NCBI RefSeq assembly: GCF_006345805.1
Contig: NW_021831989.1
Coordinates: forward strand, 1 to 64,000
From: Octopus sinensis
Lineage: Eukaryota
DNA: 64,000 nucleotides
Reading direction: 5' to 3'
Shown here: one piece after another, positions 13,921 through 26,305 of the stretch
Layout of the letters: the number at the start of each line of letters is the position of its first letter
Position numbering within the stretch: position 1 is the first letter of the stretch
Position numbers and translations under genes: made by a program
Notes under the pieces: model-generated
What the model saw: the letters and a program-made list of their open reading frames with translations, nothing else
What the model was told of the DNA's origin: nothing
Databases searched by the model: none

Positions 13921-14509
13921 TTATCTTTATTTATATTAGTAGAAAATACCTTTTTTGGAGAATAGAACTCGTAGAATTTAAATTTTAAATCTTTCAAAAT
14001 TCTATTTTTATCTAAAATGATATTTTAAACAAGAATTAATATTTTAATAAACCCACTTACCCATTAAACACTCATTGATTAATATATTTAAATTTCAAAA
14101 TAAATTTTATAAATTAACATATCTAACCAATTTTTTTGAAATTTACTTGTCCTGTATATATATTAATTTTATTTCCGTCTGTTTGCATTCCATTTAAAGA
14201 AAATTGAAGAGAGTCGATAAAATAAATTTCAAAAAACAGTTTTTAGATGAGTTCCTAAAGAGTCTGAATTTGAACCCGAAAACTTTTATATTTGTCTATT
14301 TCACAGCCATTCTTCTCAGTCTTCTCTATGTCTGGTAACACTTTAAGCAGTACCAGAATATCGTCTCAGCACTGTAAAAGACTCGCCGCTAGCCGCTTAA
14401 ACTATCATATTCCTGACTGGGGTGTTGATGAGATCCCTCAAGTAGAAAAGAAGGTTAAATATATTCAGTCCCACTGAAAAAAAGAGGGGACTATTGCACA
14501 ATAATGAAC

Positions 14510-14700
14510 TCAATTTTCCCGGATAGCTATTTCAGAAAAATTTGACTGTCAGCAATAGCCGTCTCATAATTGTATTGTCCAAATAATTTTGTTAATCTTT
14601 GACTACCGGGAGAATAGCTGGCTGTGCCAGAGAATATTTAAAGCAATTTTGCGAGGTAACTCGTTTGTTGTTCGTGGTGCAGCCTCTGGCAAATCCTAAT
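14510..14700 (+). mobile_element. CRE-like 3' tip
   Basis: RENSWLCQRIFKAILRGNSFVVRGAAS*, similar to the copy at 51602. Confidence 0.75.
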
Positions 14701-15245
14701 TGTTTGGCCCTTCCATACTTTGGAATAATAAAAACCGTTTCTTTTTCAAAATGTTTTTAACTTTTTCCTGTTTTCGTCCACAATAAGCCATACACACTGT
14801 TTGTATGCGTTCCTGCATGATAAACATTAGTTTTATAAATTAATTATATTTTGCAAATAATGACGTGTTTTATAGACGTCACAATAAGGTAATTTCAATG
14901 CATCAGGAGATGTAGTAAATTAACATATTTTTAAAAGAAAGGAAGATCGCCAACAGCGGGGACTCAAGGACACGAAAACCCTTTATAAACAGAAAAAATA
15001 AGTTGTTGAAATATTTACAATTTTTGTTTATTTGTCATCATCAAAAGATGAAAACATTAAGCAGGTTGTACTAGCCAAATCAGTGTTATAACATTCAGTA
15101 AGAACGTTATTGAAGCATCGCCCTTAGCAGAAGCCTATTTGTAGACAACAGAGGTCACTTTTTCAAGAAAGATTGGCCCTATTATGTATTGTATAACTAT
15201 TAATTAAGATATCGGAAACCAAACAATTAGTAACAAATTAGTAAT

Positions 15246-15924
15246 CTACAGAATTCTTCGAATGTCTCTTCCCCGGCTGTGTCTATCATATTCAGATGTC
15301 TTTCTCATCCACTCATCATCAAAATCACGACTTTGGTCTAAAATCAATAAATCGATTTAATTGTTGGAAAAATTGATGAAGCATAAACAACCTTCGGTAA
15401 TTCCGTAAAACTCATTATTCTCTGTTATCTGGCCAGAAGCCCGGTCTTTTTTTCTCTCAATAACTTGTCCTCGGTCACCAATAAAGTGTCCGATGGACAT
15501 ATGTTCTGTCCCACTCCTCGAATCCTTGTATGCTTTGCGGCATTCTTTTATCTAAATGTGATATGAAGTGATGACTCCGCCCGGGGCTCTTCTCTCTGAT
15601 TTGCTCATTTGGTAAACAACGGGTTCCCCCCCGCCCATGTTGCTGTAGGAATATACTTCCTGGGAGACGAAACTCTGACAGTCAGGGTCATTGCTCAGAG
15701 TTGAAAAAACTTTCCAATAAAAATTAGTTTTACAGTCTGATCTTGGTCTTGAAATCTTTTTGTCTTTTCTTTTGGAAATTGCATTATTAAAAGGAAGTAG
15801 CGAATTTGGAAATCCGTCTTCGTCCCAAAATCCGTCGTTCATCATATTTTTTAGTGGAGATCTAATCATATTAAAATGCTAGTATTTACTCCCAAAATGG
15901 ATCGTCACCAAAACCACCAAACAT
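15246..15924 (-). CDS. MLF: Myeloid leukemia factor
   Basis: MFGGFGDDPF, RRAPGG|IKECRKAYKDSRSGTEHMSIGHFIGDRG and DFDDEW; introns of 28, 24 and 54 nt. Confidence 0.88.
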
Positions 15925-16029
15925 CGAAATATTGTATAAAATAAATTGTTATTAAATAAATAGATTTTGGCTAGCCATTTTACAATATATAAATATCTAA
16001 ACAATATTAAAATATATCAATGCCTCTAC

Positions 16030-16468
16030 GAGAGATTCCAGTGTTCTATGGACAATTTCCCTATCGGTATGGTCCTTCAGTAGGGACCACCACTCAATGA
16101 TAATGAGAATGAACTGTTCTCCACATCTCATACTGAAACCAACTTATTTCTATGATTACGAAAACGCAGATTGGAATGCTTTCGCAAATTACGTCGATTC
16201 AAGACTCCAGAACTTCCACCCTGAGAATTTTTCTTCCTTGGACAGGGCAGTGGAAAGCTTCAACAAAACTATCATTGATGCAAGAAATTTGATTATCAGA
16301 ATAGCATGTATAAGAAGTGGGAGCTCAAAATATGATTCAAGAACGAAAAAACTAATCAGAGAAAGAATCAGCCTCAAGAAAAGAAAGTATCGACCCAAAG
16401 GAATCATCGATCGAATCAGGGCTCTAAACATGCTTATTACGAATAATACCAACCAAGTCCAATTTTAA
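16030..16468 (+). mobile_element. I/Jockey-like ORF2 fragment (end of APE plus linker)
   Basis: RDHHSM.. followed by YDYENADWNAF. Confidence 0.6.
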
Positions 16469-16529
16469 TCCGTAATAACTGATTTAATTAGTAAAAGTAG
16501 TCTTTGAAAATGAAATTTTCGAAACTAAT

Positions 16530-17070
16530 ACCGATCTGGGACTTGGAAATGGATTACTAATACCCATACAAAAACCGAACAAACCAAAAGGACCAGTAGA
16601 AAATCTCCGCCCGATAATACTCCTGAACTCGATACGCAAAGTGCTGGCAAACGTCGCACTTAGGCGGATAAAGGGTGTGGCGGATCAATACCTATCACCG
16701 AGTCAAAGTGGGTTCCGAGATGGAAGGTCTACGGCAGACATTGTATGTAGCCACAGATGGCGCTGCGCAACGCACCAAAGATTCAAGAGCACAACGACCG
16801 TGCTGGGAATAGATCTCTCCAGAGCCTTCGACTCAATAAACAGACAGAAACTGATGAATGTGCTTGAGCAAATACTGGATGAATCATCGGTTAGGATAAT
16901 CAGACTACTACTTGCGAACACAAGACTATCTGTGAGGACAGAAGGAGCAACTTCCCGCAGTTTCAAAACAACGACTGGGACACCCCAGGGTGACTCCCTC
17001 TCCCCCCTACTATTCACCATCTACCTTGAATCTGGCAGTTTCTGCGGTCCATGGCGACCGAGATTTGCTA
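16530..17070 (+). mobile_element. RTE-like RT fragment
   Basis: KPKGPVENLRPIILLNSIRK, QSGFRDGRST, DLSRAFDSI and GTPQGDSLSPLLF. Confidence 0.88.
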
Positions 17071-17961
17071 AAAAAGCGAGCTCATCTTCCTTCGGTCGTT
17101 TGTTTTCAAGAATATTTTTCTACAAATGTCAATGAGGAGTTAAGTCGCGGTCTTGCCGACGATTCCTGGGATTTGGAAGGCAAGGGGGCAAACTCAAGAG
17201 TCAGAAATACACAGGTATTTTGTCCTCCTGAGCACTGGCGGAGCCTGAGTTGCTGCAAGTCTTGGGTAGCATCGTCACCGATAAAGTCGACGCAGGTGGC
17301 CACAGAGGAGTTGAACGAAATTATGCGGACACCTCCAAAGATATCGCCCTGGAGGAATTTGCTTTGAATTGTAATGGGCAAACGCACTTCTGCAAGAGAC
17401 CGACAGCAATCCAATGTTAATCTGGTCCGTTTTGCGGGTGCTTTGTACAGGTGCCTCTTTTGCAGGTTTGAATCAGGATTTAACTCGGAATGAGCATATA
17501 AAACGGTCTTTAATCCGCTAAGCGAAAGAAGCGTGTTTCTCGATAATAAGTGTAGAGTTGAGGAAAATGGGAAAAAAGAAAACAGCTTGAACCAGGGGCC
17601 AGGAGCGCTAGAGGCTAGCACCTATTCGATCAAGACTGGAAGGAATTTAGTTACACTGAGCCTAGCCGATTTTGCATCCGGACCGAAATGGAGGTTTTGC
17701 ATCGGAAAGCTAATAAAATCTTGAAAAATTCATAAGGGGTGGGATGACCCCGGGAATCGGGAAGGAGTGTTTTGGTAAATCAAGGCAACTCGGGCACTTC
17801 CAGCAATGGATAATAGCCGAGGTGGGCCTGGAGAGCCCGATAGGTGGAAATACAGATTGCAAAAAGAGCACAAGCGGCCCTTCTTGCTGGAATTGGAGTC
17901 ACTGTTTTCTATTTGCTAGTATTTTTGCATTTGTCTTTCTTGATCGAGAATTTTGGCAAAT

Positions 17962-18234
17962 CTAACTTTATTTTTTCGAAGTTAATTTATGGAATTAATT
18001 AAGAAAATTTAACCGGTCCGAAGTGAACCCCGCCAACATAATTGACGTTGCGTTGCCTCTCACGATAGCAACGGAGATCAACTGGAGAAGCCACCGGGTC
18101 TCACGTGTGTCGTGGCTTTTTAATGTGGCTAAGCGTCCAAGCTTCTTTAGGAAGCGAAGCGATTTCCCACTTATTCCTCCAGTTGTCTCGACCACAATCG
18201 GACAGAACACGAATCGATCTCGCAGCGCTTCATA
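17962..18234 (-). mobile_element. CRE-like 3' end
   Basis: KYEAL..FCPIVVETTGG...WLLQLISVAIVRGN; possible TSD ttttggcaaat at 17951-17961 and 18235-18245. Confidence 0.82.
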
Positions 18235-18779
18235 TTTTGGCAAATTATAAAGAAAATATATATTTTTATAAAATTGTTTCAGAATCAAAAAATAAGATTT
18301 TTTATATCCTAGTCGTTTTACTCCCCAGATTTATATTTGATTTAAAAATATGGTTTTCGAGAATTTTTAGTCGTTTTAAATTTTTGTTCAAACATTATAT
18401 TTGGCTTACCTTACTAATAAGTCGGTTTTTGACTTTGCGAATTTGTATTAAATTATTTATATTATAAGGATTTGTACTTTTTGTGGGAATGTACTTACAG
18501 TGTAAGACCATCCTAAACTATTGCGACTTCAACAACTTGGCAAGTCTAATAAACATTATTATTGGCCACTCAAATTTGTCAAAATAGTAATGTTTTCAAA
18601 AGTTTTATCTTTTAATATATAAATCGAGCGTGTTTGTCTTTAATTGAATGATATATTCAAACACTTGTTCTCTCTCTAAACCTAGTACAATATGATCATT
18701 TATTGATATCAATTGATCCCGTTTCTAAGATATCATTAAACAATAATAAACTTTAAGTGTTGTTGAGCCTCCGTATTTG

Positions 18780-20339
18780 ATCGATGGAAATATTTTATCA
18801 ATGTAAATTTTGTCTGGTTGTTTCTTTTTCTTCTCACTGATTAAAATGAATCCGAAACTTCCATCTTCCTGTCGAATGACTTGAACGTGTTTTATTCTAA
18901 GCATATAAAAATTACAAAAACCCTCGACTTTCTACTTTCTTTTTCGATTCACTTGCAGCTGCTACGAAGTAATATTCAGTTAATACATTCATTTATAATT
19001 TTGGCACGAAACTTGTTTTTCAGTGATTCTCCACTCAGCGGCTCATCAAAGGAAACAGGTTTTTGTCGAGCACAGCATAGTTCAAAAATTCCATTCATAT
19101 GCTTTAATTGCTTTAAAATAAGATTAGCGAACATTTAGTTTTGAATAGACGTCATTGAGATTCATGTCGAATAGGTCTTCTCCGTTGAGTGAACAAACTA
19201 TGTCCTTTAGTCTAAACTGATCGTCGTCCATCGATTCAGGTGTCTCAATAATGCTTAATAATGCTACCAATGCCGAAATGTGCACATTCTTTGTTATTTC
19301 GTCGACATTAAGAGTCATTCTGAAACCAACCTCGTTTTTTTTCTCTAATAGAAAACAATGTTTTTCATAGTTTTCGTCAAATTTTAAATCCACAGTGTGC
19401 TCGTGAATTGTTAGGTATTTTATATTTTTTTCGTCAAATATACACGATTCGTCAAGTATAAATGATTCATTCTGCATTTTCATGTTGTCACTCGGTCTAT
19501 AATACGCTGACAAGTGTACCTCAGAATGACGATAATTATATTACTGGGTCTTGGAATGAGACTGAAATAATATAAAAGTCGGTGTTGAGGAGTGTTGTTA
19601 ATTTTTATGTCGTTTATCTATATTTATTAAGAACAGCAGAAACTTGCAAAATCAAATCATCTTTTTGACAGATCCCGTACAAAGAAGAATCCTGGTTGAT
19701 TTTCTCTATTTGTTTATACTCTTTGTTGTTGATTAGTCTGTTCTTTAATTTAATTCCAACAAGTTTGTCGGCCAATGTAATCTCCTTTATCATAATTTGT
19801 CCTTCTAAGCCGCAGAATAGTCTCTTATTCACTTTAAAAGACTTTTTTCCGGAAAGATTATTCAATTCAGGGACACACAAACTGCTCAACTTTGCACATG
19901 ACAAATAAATAACTTACTGATTCACTATTCGTTGATGGCACTTTATTTTGAATTTTAAATGATATAGAATTCCCTGCATTTTCTAATAAATCGAATATTT
20001 TGGAACAAGAAAGTCTTTTTATATTTTTTCTTTCAATCTGAGGAGTAATATTTCTACTTGTCGAACCTCTACAATTCGACATCCTGGTGTTATAAAATTA
20101 TTTATGTTATTTGTCAAACTGGCGACCCTCAGCTCTTTGACAAATAATTTGTTTTCCGACACAGAGAGACGTGTTGCTACATTTATTTGAGAATTTAAAT
20201 ACACCTGCGATTGATAGCCCAAATGTGTTTGACCGTCTATTCCGACGAAGAAGAACTGTTATGGGCCTTATCCGCTTGTAATTAACAGACTCTATTCTTT
20301 AACATGACTAGTTAATAAACCCTTTTGTGTAGTCAACAT
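18780..20339 (-). CDS. Multi-PDZ-domain protein, multi-exon; ends approximate
   Basis: VLLRR...FGLSIA followed by a 28-nt intron and ..PGCRIVEV; KDDLILQVS; GFRMTL...DIVCSLNGEDL. Confidence 0.55.
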
Positions 20340-20479
20340 GTCTACTCAAAGCTATAAGTTTTCTCATATTTGTTATCGTACATTTGCCGTGTTGCTAATG
20401 GCTAATTCCACTTAATTACACCCAATAATAACTATGTGTGAGCATCCAATAAAATGTACTTTATTCATTCATCCAAATC

Positions 20480-21022
20480 ATTACGGGTTGTATGAAGTCT
20501 ACTCCAGCCGACTATGTGAATCAGGAAACCAACATAATCAAACTTGCAGACCATTTCGACATCCATGGAACCCAATTCTTCGCCTCAGCGAGTATGATCA
20601 AAAACCACCCAAGTCACAATTTCAAGACAACACTAACAAGACAGGAACATCAAAAACACACCATCAATCCACTACTGCCGTATCCTAAACTCATTTTCTA
20701 GCAAAAAAATCGGAAATAAAAGAACTAATAACAACATCCTCCTTGAACGCACTAACCGCCAACAAAATAAACACAGCTGAAAAGGATCTCAGTCGCAAAA
20801 TCGGGTCAAACTCGCAAGATTTTGCTGTTGGCATCATACTTTATTTCTCGACTTCAAAACAAACTGGATAAAGACTTCGATCCGTCCTGTACAGTAATGC
20901 ACGTAATCTTGGATTGCAAAAACCTCAGCGCTATAAGATCACATAAGATTAACTCATTCCTTAACTTATGGTGTGACCCCTGCCGCATTCCTCCCAATTT
21001 CAGGAGAAATTGGGTTAAATAA
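20480..21022 (+). mobile_element. Decayed 3' region of an I-clade-like LINE
   Basis: YFISRL...CTVMHVILDC...LW.DP resembles the C-terminal zinc-knuckle region. Confidence 0.5.
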
Positions 21023-21100
21023 ACACCTGATGAAGAACTTAACTATGAAAAAAACTATTGATGATTATTTTCATCAGTTTTTTTAAACAATTTGAGAATT

Positions 21101-21422
21101 CTTCTCTGCCGGAATCATCTTTACGTCAGCCGGAGAGCCGGGCTCCGCAGCTAACTTGGCCGAAACGCCCAAAATCAAGAAATACAGTGCATTATCTCAC
21201 CGCCATATCTTTGCCCCGATCGCAGTGGAGACATCAGGAGTCTTCGGTCACAGAACTAAAAAATTCCTTATTAAACTGGGGGACCTGGCAAGCAGAAGGA
21301 GAAGTAATCATCGGGAAAGGACATGGCTTTTCCAACGCATATCAATAGCCATCTTGCGTGGGAATTGCCATTCCATCCTATCCCCTGCTACTAATTAAAT
21401 TCGTGTTCAGTTTTTCAAAAAA
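21101..21422 (+). mobile_element. CRE-like 3' end with A-tail and TSD
   Basis: KKYSAL..FAPIAVETSG..WLFQRISIAILRGN; A-run at 21417-21424; 12-bp TSD aatttgagaatt at 21089-21100 and 21423-21434. Confidence 0.88.
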
Positions 21423-21624
21423 AATTTGAGAATTTCTTAACTTTTTTACAATTTTTAAATTTTAAGCAAACTGAAAAAATCGAAACGACTAATTGTAAAG
21501 CACTTGGCTCTTTTCTGTTTTTAAAATCTAGTCTTTCCAAGATCCAATTAATAAAGTACAATGGAAGGAAACTTACATCGCAGAATAAGCTTACTCGACA
21601 AACTAAAACGCAAAATGTGTAAAA

Positions 21625-23177
21625 TCAAATCTTCCAAATATCTGGCAGAACATCTTTCGTGGAATAAAAATTTTCCAACACGGAGGCAGTGAGTACAGAA
21701 GAATTGGAAAAATATCCGCCGATCTGGAAATTAAAATAGTCCAGAAATGTACCAAAAAAACGTGTTTGTTCAAGTCCATAGTAGTGTTCTTGCTGAGACA
21801 CTTTGATTTGATAGAGAGCCTGCGACTGATGAAGTCTCTGTAGTTACTCACACTCGCCGTCTAATCAGGAATACAAGTAATATCACCCACAATAAAGTAT
21901 GACTCGAAATATGGCGACCACACCAGGAAATCCACACGCTCACTCTCGAACAGTGCCAGATTGGAGGCACAACGACTAACCGCACTACCCTCCTCAGGGC
22001 AAACACAACCAGAATGGGAGAGACACCACATTTTTGTAGAACTGTGCCAATTTGTGGACAACCGTGTTCATAGTCCGACTACAACTCATTTCATCAGTCT
22101 CGGCAAATAAGAAGGGAGACTGGAATGTGAATGATATGGACAACACGACAGGTCTGGATGGCTCCATACAGTCCAGTGTCGGGGGAGGGGACCTGATCAC
22201 ACAAGAACGAAGACCCGTAGGCACACAATCCGAACGGAAGACATTCGGCAGAAATGTTCATTCGAGTCAAGTATGCTGGAATATTACAAGTCAGAAGACC
22301 GAAAAGACTGAATATTGAAACTCCTGGAAATGCCAGTCCTTGGGAGAGAGTGAGAAGAGAAGACGGATTCATCTCGCACACATCCTACACGTGATGACCC
22401 AAACTAACGAAAAGTGCCATTTTCACCATCGATGGGACTGAAATAAAAGTAGGACTACACAGGTCACGCAGGGAGCTCACGACTACTCGACGGACACGTT
22501 TTTCTATTTGGGCTGCATCCCCCGTGAGGAAATAAGTGTGTAGACTCTGGTTGTGAGTGATATAGTTGAAATGACACTTATTTCCTTTGAGATGACAATT
22601 ATCTTTGAAAATGAGTTGATCATGAGTATCCTAATATTATAATAATGGATAACAGGTGTGGTGGAGGAGAGTTTGTTGGGGACTTGTCTCATTATATTAA
22701 TATATTCCATTCGCTGATTGTCCAGTTTGTCCTGCCAATCACAACCAGACAGACCAACCCGGCAAATCCGATGCCTTCTTTTAAGTTCCCTTGCATAGCT
22801 AACTAATTGTTCCTTCTCATTCGGAATGTCGCATGGATTACAGGGAAGCTATGTGATTATACTCACATTTAAACTCTCCCCAGCACTAATTTCTCTATGA
22901 GTTCATTCGTGTTGGTTCGGTCGCTCGTGACTTCCTCGAAAGCCTTAAAGGCCGCTTTATACTTGTTGAATGACTCCATCTAATGCATATAAAACACGTC
23001 CATTACTAATATATCGAAATCGAGGTCCATCTTCCTTAGTTTTATGTTATTTCGGAGGGAAAGCGTGTTATCAAATATGTAGGAATAATCAAATGAAGGT
23101 CGAATTACTGTTCCCGCCTGTTTTTTCAGAATATTGATTGTCGATTTTAATCGGCGGGAAAAATAAACTCGTATCAT
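21625..23177 (-). CDS. Mitochondrial seryl-tRNA synthetase paralogue with degenerate active site (SLIMP-like), about 11 exons
   Basis: Removing ten 23-32-nt GT-AG introns gives one frame: N-terminal coiled arm, VPN, YFLTGDAAQIE, FISVPSMVK, LPF, GLYGAIQT, VWSPYF..SVSNYRDFISRRL and SVLEN..VLP. Confidence 0.75.
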
Positions 23178-23329
23178 GTATTCAAGTCCAATTTAAAATC
23201 ACGAGAAAAACAAATTTGAAAATTTTATTTTTAAATTAAAATTATATTTTAGTCAGAGGTGTTATTTTATTTAACTAATGAAGTATAAATTCCTGGCATA
23301 ATTATTCAATTGATATAAAACCAAAACCG

Positions 23330-23760
23330 TATTTCGCGAGATCCTCTAAATTCCTTGGAATCTCTAGAACAATGAGTACAAAGTTTATTAAGAAGAGCAA
23401 GAGTCTTGACTCGAAAGCAGAGGACGTCTTTACGGCAATTGCCCATAACCAAAACCATTCGCACAAATGACCGTATTTCGACAGTTTCATCGATTCGGCC
23501 TTTTCACTGACGAACCCGGTCGACAAACAGAATTCAAGACTCCCTTGGCAAACGAGTCAGCACAGGTGACGTCTCAAACAACTGTTCTTAAAAGTCAAGG
23601 CAGTCAGAACTGATGGGAAACCTGCTCTTTCCTGGGTTTTGTTGATTATTTTGCTGATTTCAGAATCCAGTCATAAGGAGACTTGCTCTTCCGTCCTTCC
23701 TTGCCACATCTTACAGTCAACTTTGTTTTTCCACAATGCCAGACTATTTGGGAATTGGCT
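23330..23760 (-). mobile_element. Decayed CRE-like 3' region
   Basis: RAGFPSVL, DVTCADSF, KYGHL..AIAVKTSS. Confidence 0.75.
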
Positions 23761-25415
23761 CGGTCCTGTCTCTTTATTTATTTATTTATTAACTCCAAGA
23801 TCACCGAGAAAGATAGGTCAGAACTAACTAATTAGGTGATCCCTGCCTCCAACCACAGCCGTACTTTCCTTACATGATCTTCTGATGACCCGACCGTAAT
23901 CCGGGATACTGAACGGCACGGACCACGACCAGAACCGTATTCCACCTTCTTCACACCAGATGATGTTGACAAGGCTATTAAATCCCTACGTCCCACCCGT
24001 TCTTGTGGCCCCGACGGGATTTGTGCTATTCACTTCAAACACCTGGGACCCCGGGCACGGACCGTACTATCAAGACTATATAACGACTCCATCAACTTAC
24101 GTACGATACCTAATATATGGAAAAACTCCCTAATTACGCCAATCCTAAAGCCTGGGAAACCAAAGGATGCCCCCTCTTCATACCGCCCAATCTCAATAAC
24201 TTGTATCTTATCGAAAGTACTGGAAAAGCTCGTATTAATGCGAATCTCTCCTGTCCTACAACTGCCAGAATTCCAGCACGGTTTTAGACCAGACCGTTCC
24301 ACAACGACCCACTTGTGTTCTGTCTCCCAGTTTATCACTGAGGGTTTTAACATGGGAACACACCTACGGACGGCCTTAGTATCTATTGATATACAAAAGG
24401 CTTTTGATTCTGTCCCGAGGAAACTCCTAACGCGGAAGATATTTGATTCGAACTTACATCCGAACATCAAACTGTGGTTGGAAAATTTCTTAACTGGCCG
24501 ACGCGGAGGGTCCGTATCGACAATACTACTTCAAGATCAAGACTACTGCCCAATGGTGTCCCACAAGGCTCCCCTTTATCTCCTCTCCTTTTTAACCTAT
24601 TTCTACATGACCTACCCACTACTAATGACCCAGACATAATGTTCTTATCCTATGCGGACGACCTGATTATCGCTGCAAGAGATAAATCTCCTTCTGTGGC
24701 TGTCGCAATAGTCCAGTCACACCTCAACCGTGTATGTGATTGGCTATCTGCAAACATGTTGTGTGTGTCTGCATCCAAATCCCAATTCACCCTCTTTACT
24801 ACTGACAGAAGATTCAAGAATGGGCTGGAACTATTCATTGGAGACAAACCTATTCCCTCTTCGCGTACCCAGAAGATCCTTGGCGTGGTTTTCGAATCCT
24901 TAATGACGTTCTCAAGTCACGTAGAGGAGGCCCTAGCTAAAGGTCTGCGGAAGTGGAACGTCTTGAAAGCTCTGTTAAAGAAGAGTCCCTTCCCCCTGAA
25001 AGATTGTGTCAGCAAAGTCTACCAACAAGTGATTGCCCCGACGGTTGAGTATGCCTGCTCAGCCTGGAGGTTTGCAATTGCTTGTTCGAAAGCGAAACGT
25101 TCGAACTCACTCAGAAGGAAGATTATGCTCCACACTGACACCTCAGTTGGCAGTCTTGCTTCCGAGGAGGCGACGCAGAAGAATGGAGACCTTTAGCTAG
25201 GGCCTCCTCTACGTGACTTGAGAACGTCATTAAGGATTCGAAAACCATTCAAGTGGACAGGGTTTCCTACGTTTCTGCAAGGAACTGGGAAACCCACTCA
25301 AGGAAAAGGTGGCACATGCAGAGGAATTTCGGTCGGTTATAAAGAAATGCACTCCAATTGAGTTCCTCTGCAGAAGGAAGAGAAGGCTTTTCCGGATTAC
25401 GGTCCTGTCTCTTTA
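23761..25415. mobile_element. I/Jockey-like LINE insertion with 5' inversion, TSD and (TAAA)n tail
   Basis: TSD cggtcctgtctcttta at 23761-23776 and 25400-25415; tail and 3' end on the minus strand at 23777-23904; RT on the plus strand at 23905-25400 (GPDGI, YRPISI, QHGFRP, DIQKAFDSV, GVPQGSPLSP, YADDL). Confidence 0.92.
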
Positions 25416-25512
25416 GCTTTTGCTGAATATCTTGTCTTAAAATTAATTAATTTATTATTAAAAATATTTATAATAAATTAAATAGCTGTTGCGTTTTCGC
25501 GTGTGTTGTGGA

Positions 25513-25963
25513 ATGGACAATTCATCACGAAACAAAATGATATCCCAAGACTCCGATAAGGCAGGACAAGAATTTGTAATGATTTTCTACCAAACGATGG
25601 ACAAAAAACGAAACGTGAATTCCAAAATAACCTATATAGCAACTCGCCAACCTGTTTGCAGAGCAATCAAGACTCATATTCGACGGAAACGAATTCTTGG
25701 GAGAAGAAGCCATCACCTTTTTACAAAATATTCCAGTTACGACTCATCGACTGTACTCATATGACTCTCAGCCAATAATAATAAGTAGTGCCCATATTTA
25801 TGTCCCAGATGGCGAACTGTCCTCCGTGTTGGTCACTGTCCAAGGATTACTCATCGTTAACTCGAGTGAAAAGACTTTTTTCAATAATTTCACTCTCCTC
25901 TCCACTAATAATGTTTGGAAAATTACTTCTTGCTGTATGAGAATTTGGAATAACGAAAAATAA
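25513..25963 (+). CDS. NXT: NTF2-related export protein
   Basis: AGQEFVMIFYQTMDKKR, a 25-nt intron, IFDGNEFLG, DSQPI, a 24-nt intron, VLVTVQG and WKITSCCMR. Confidence 0.8.
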
Positions 25964-26305
25964 TTTTTATTGCTTATAATTTAATTCTTTATTCCAAATA
26001 CATTTATTTGTCAGAGAGCATTCTCTGACAAGTCACATGGAGTGAAATGAGCCTCACTCTTGTATGCGTTGTGGCGCAATATTCACAGTTCAGGTGGCCC
26101 TTGATGATGCCGATAAGGGCTACCTCTTTAAATGGACTCAGTCAGCCGTGCCTCAAAGACTGGGGGATAAAAACTGTGATATTTGGTTTTTAATAGTAAA
26201 ATAAACAAGATCTGCGGTTTGAAATGAATCTTAGAATTTTCTTTAAATAGAAATATATTTGTTAAAAATAATTCTGAAGAACTAATTTATCTTCTTTTGG
26301 TAGTG

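Noticed and set aside
21625-23177. Calling this gene an active SerRS2, or an LTR-element fragment from the plus-strand ORFs
   Set aside because: Catalytic motifs are missing on the spliced minus strand, and the plus-strand ORFs are antisense shadows with no gag or pol motifs.
26040-26160. RNase MRP or box C/D snoRNA assignment
   Set aside because: A CR-V-like gaggctcatt and a tgatga are present, but there is no matching CR-I or nearby D box.
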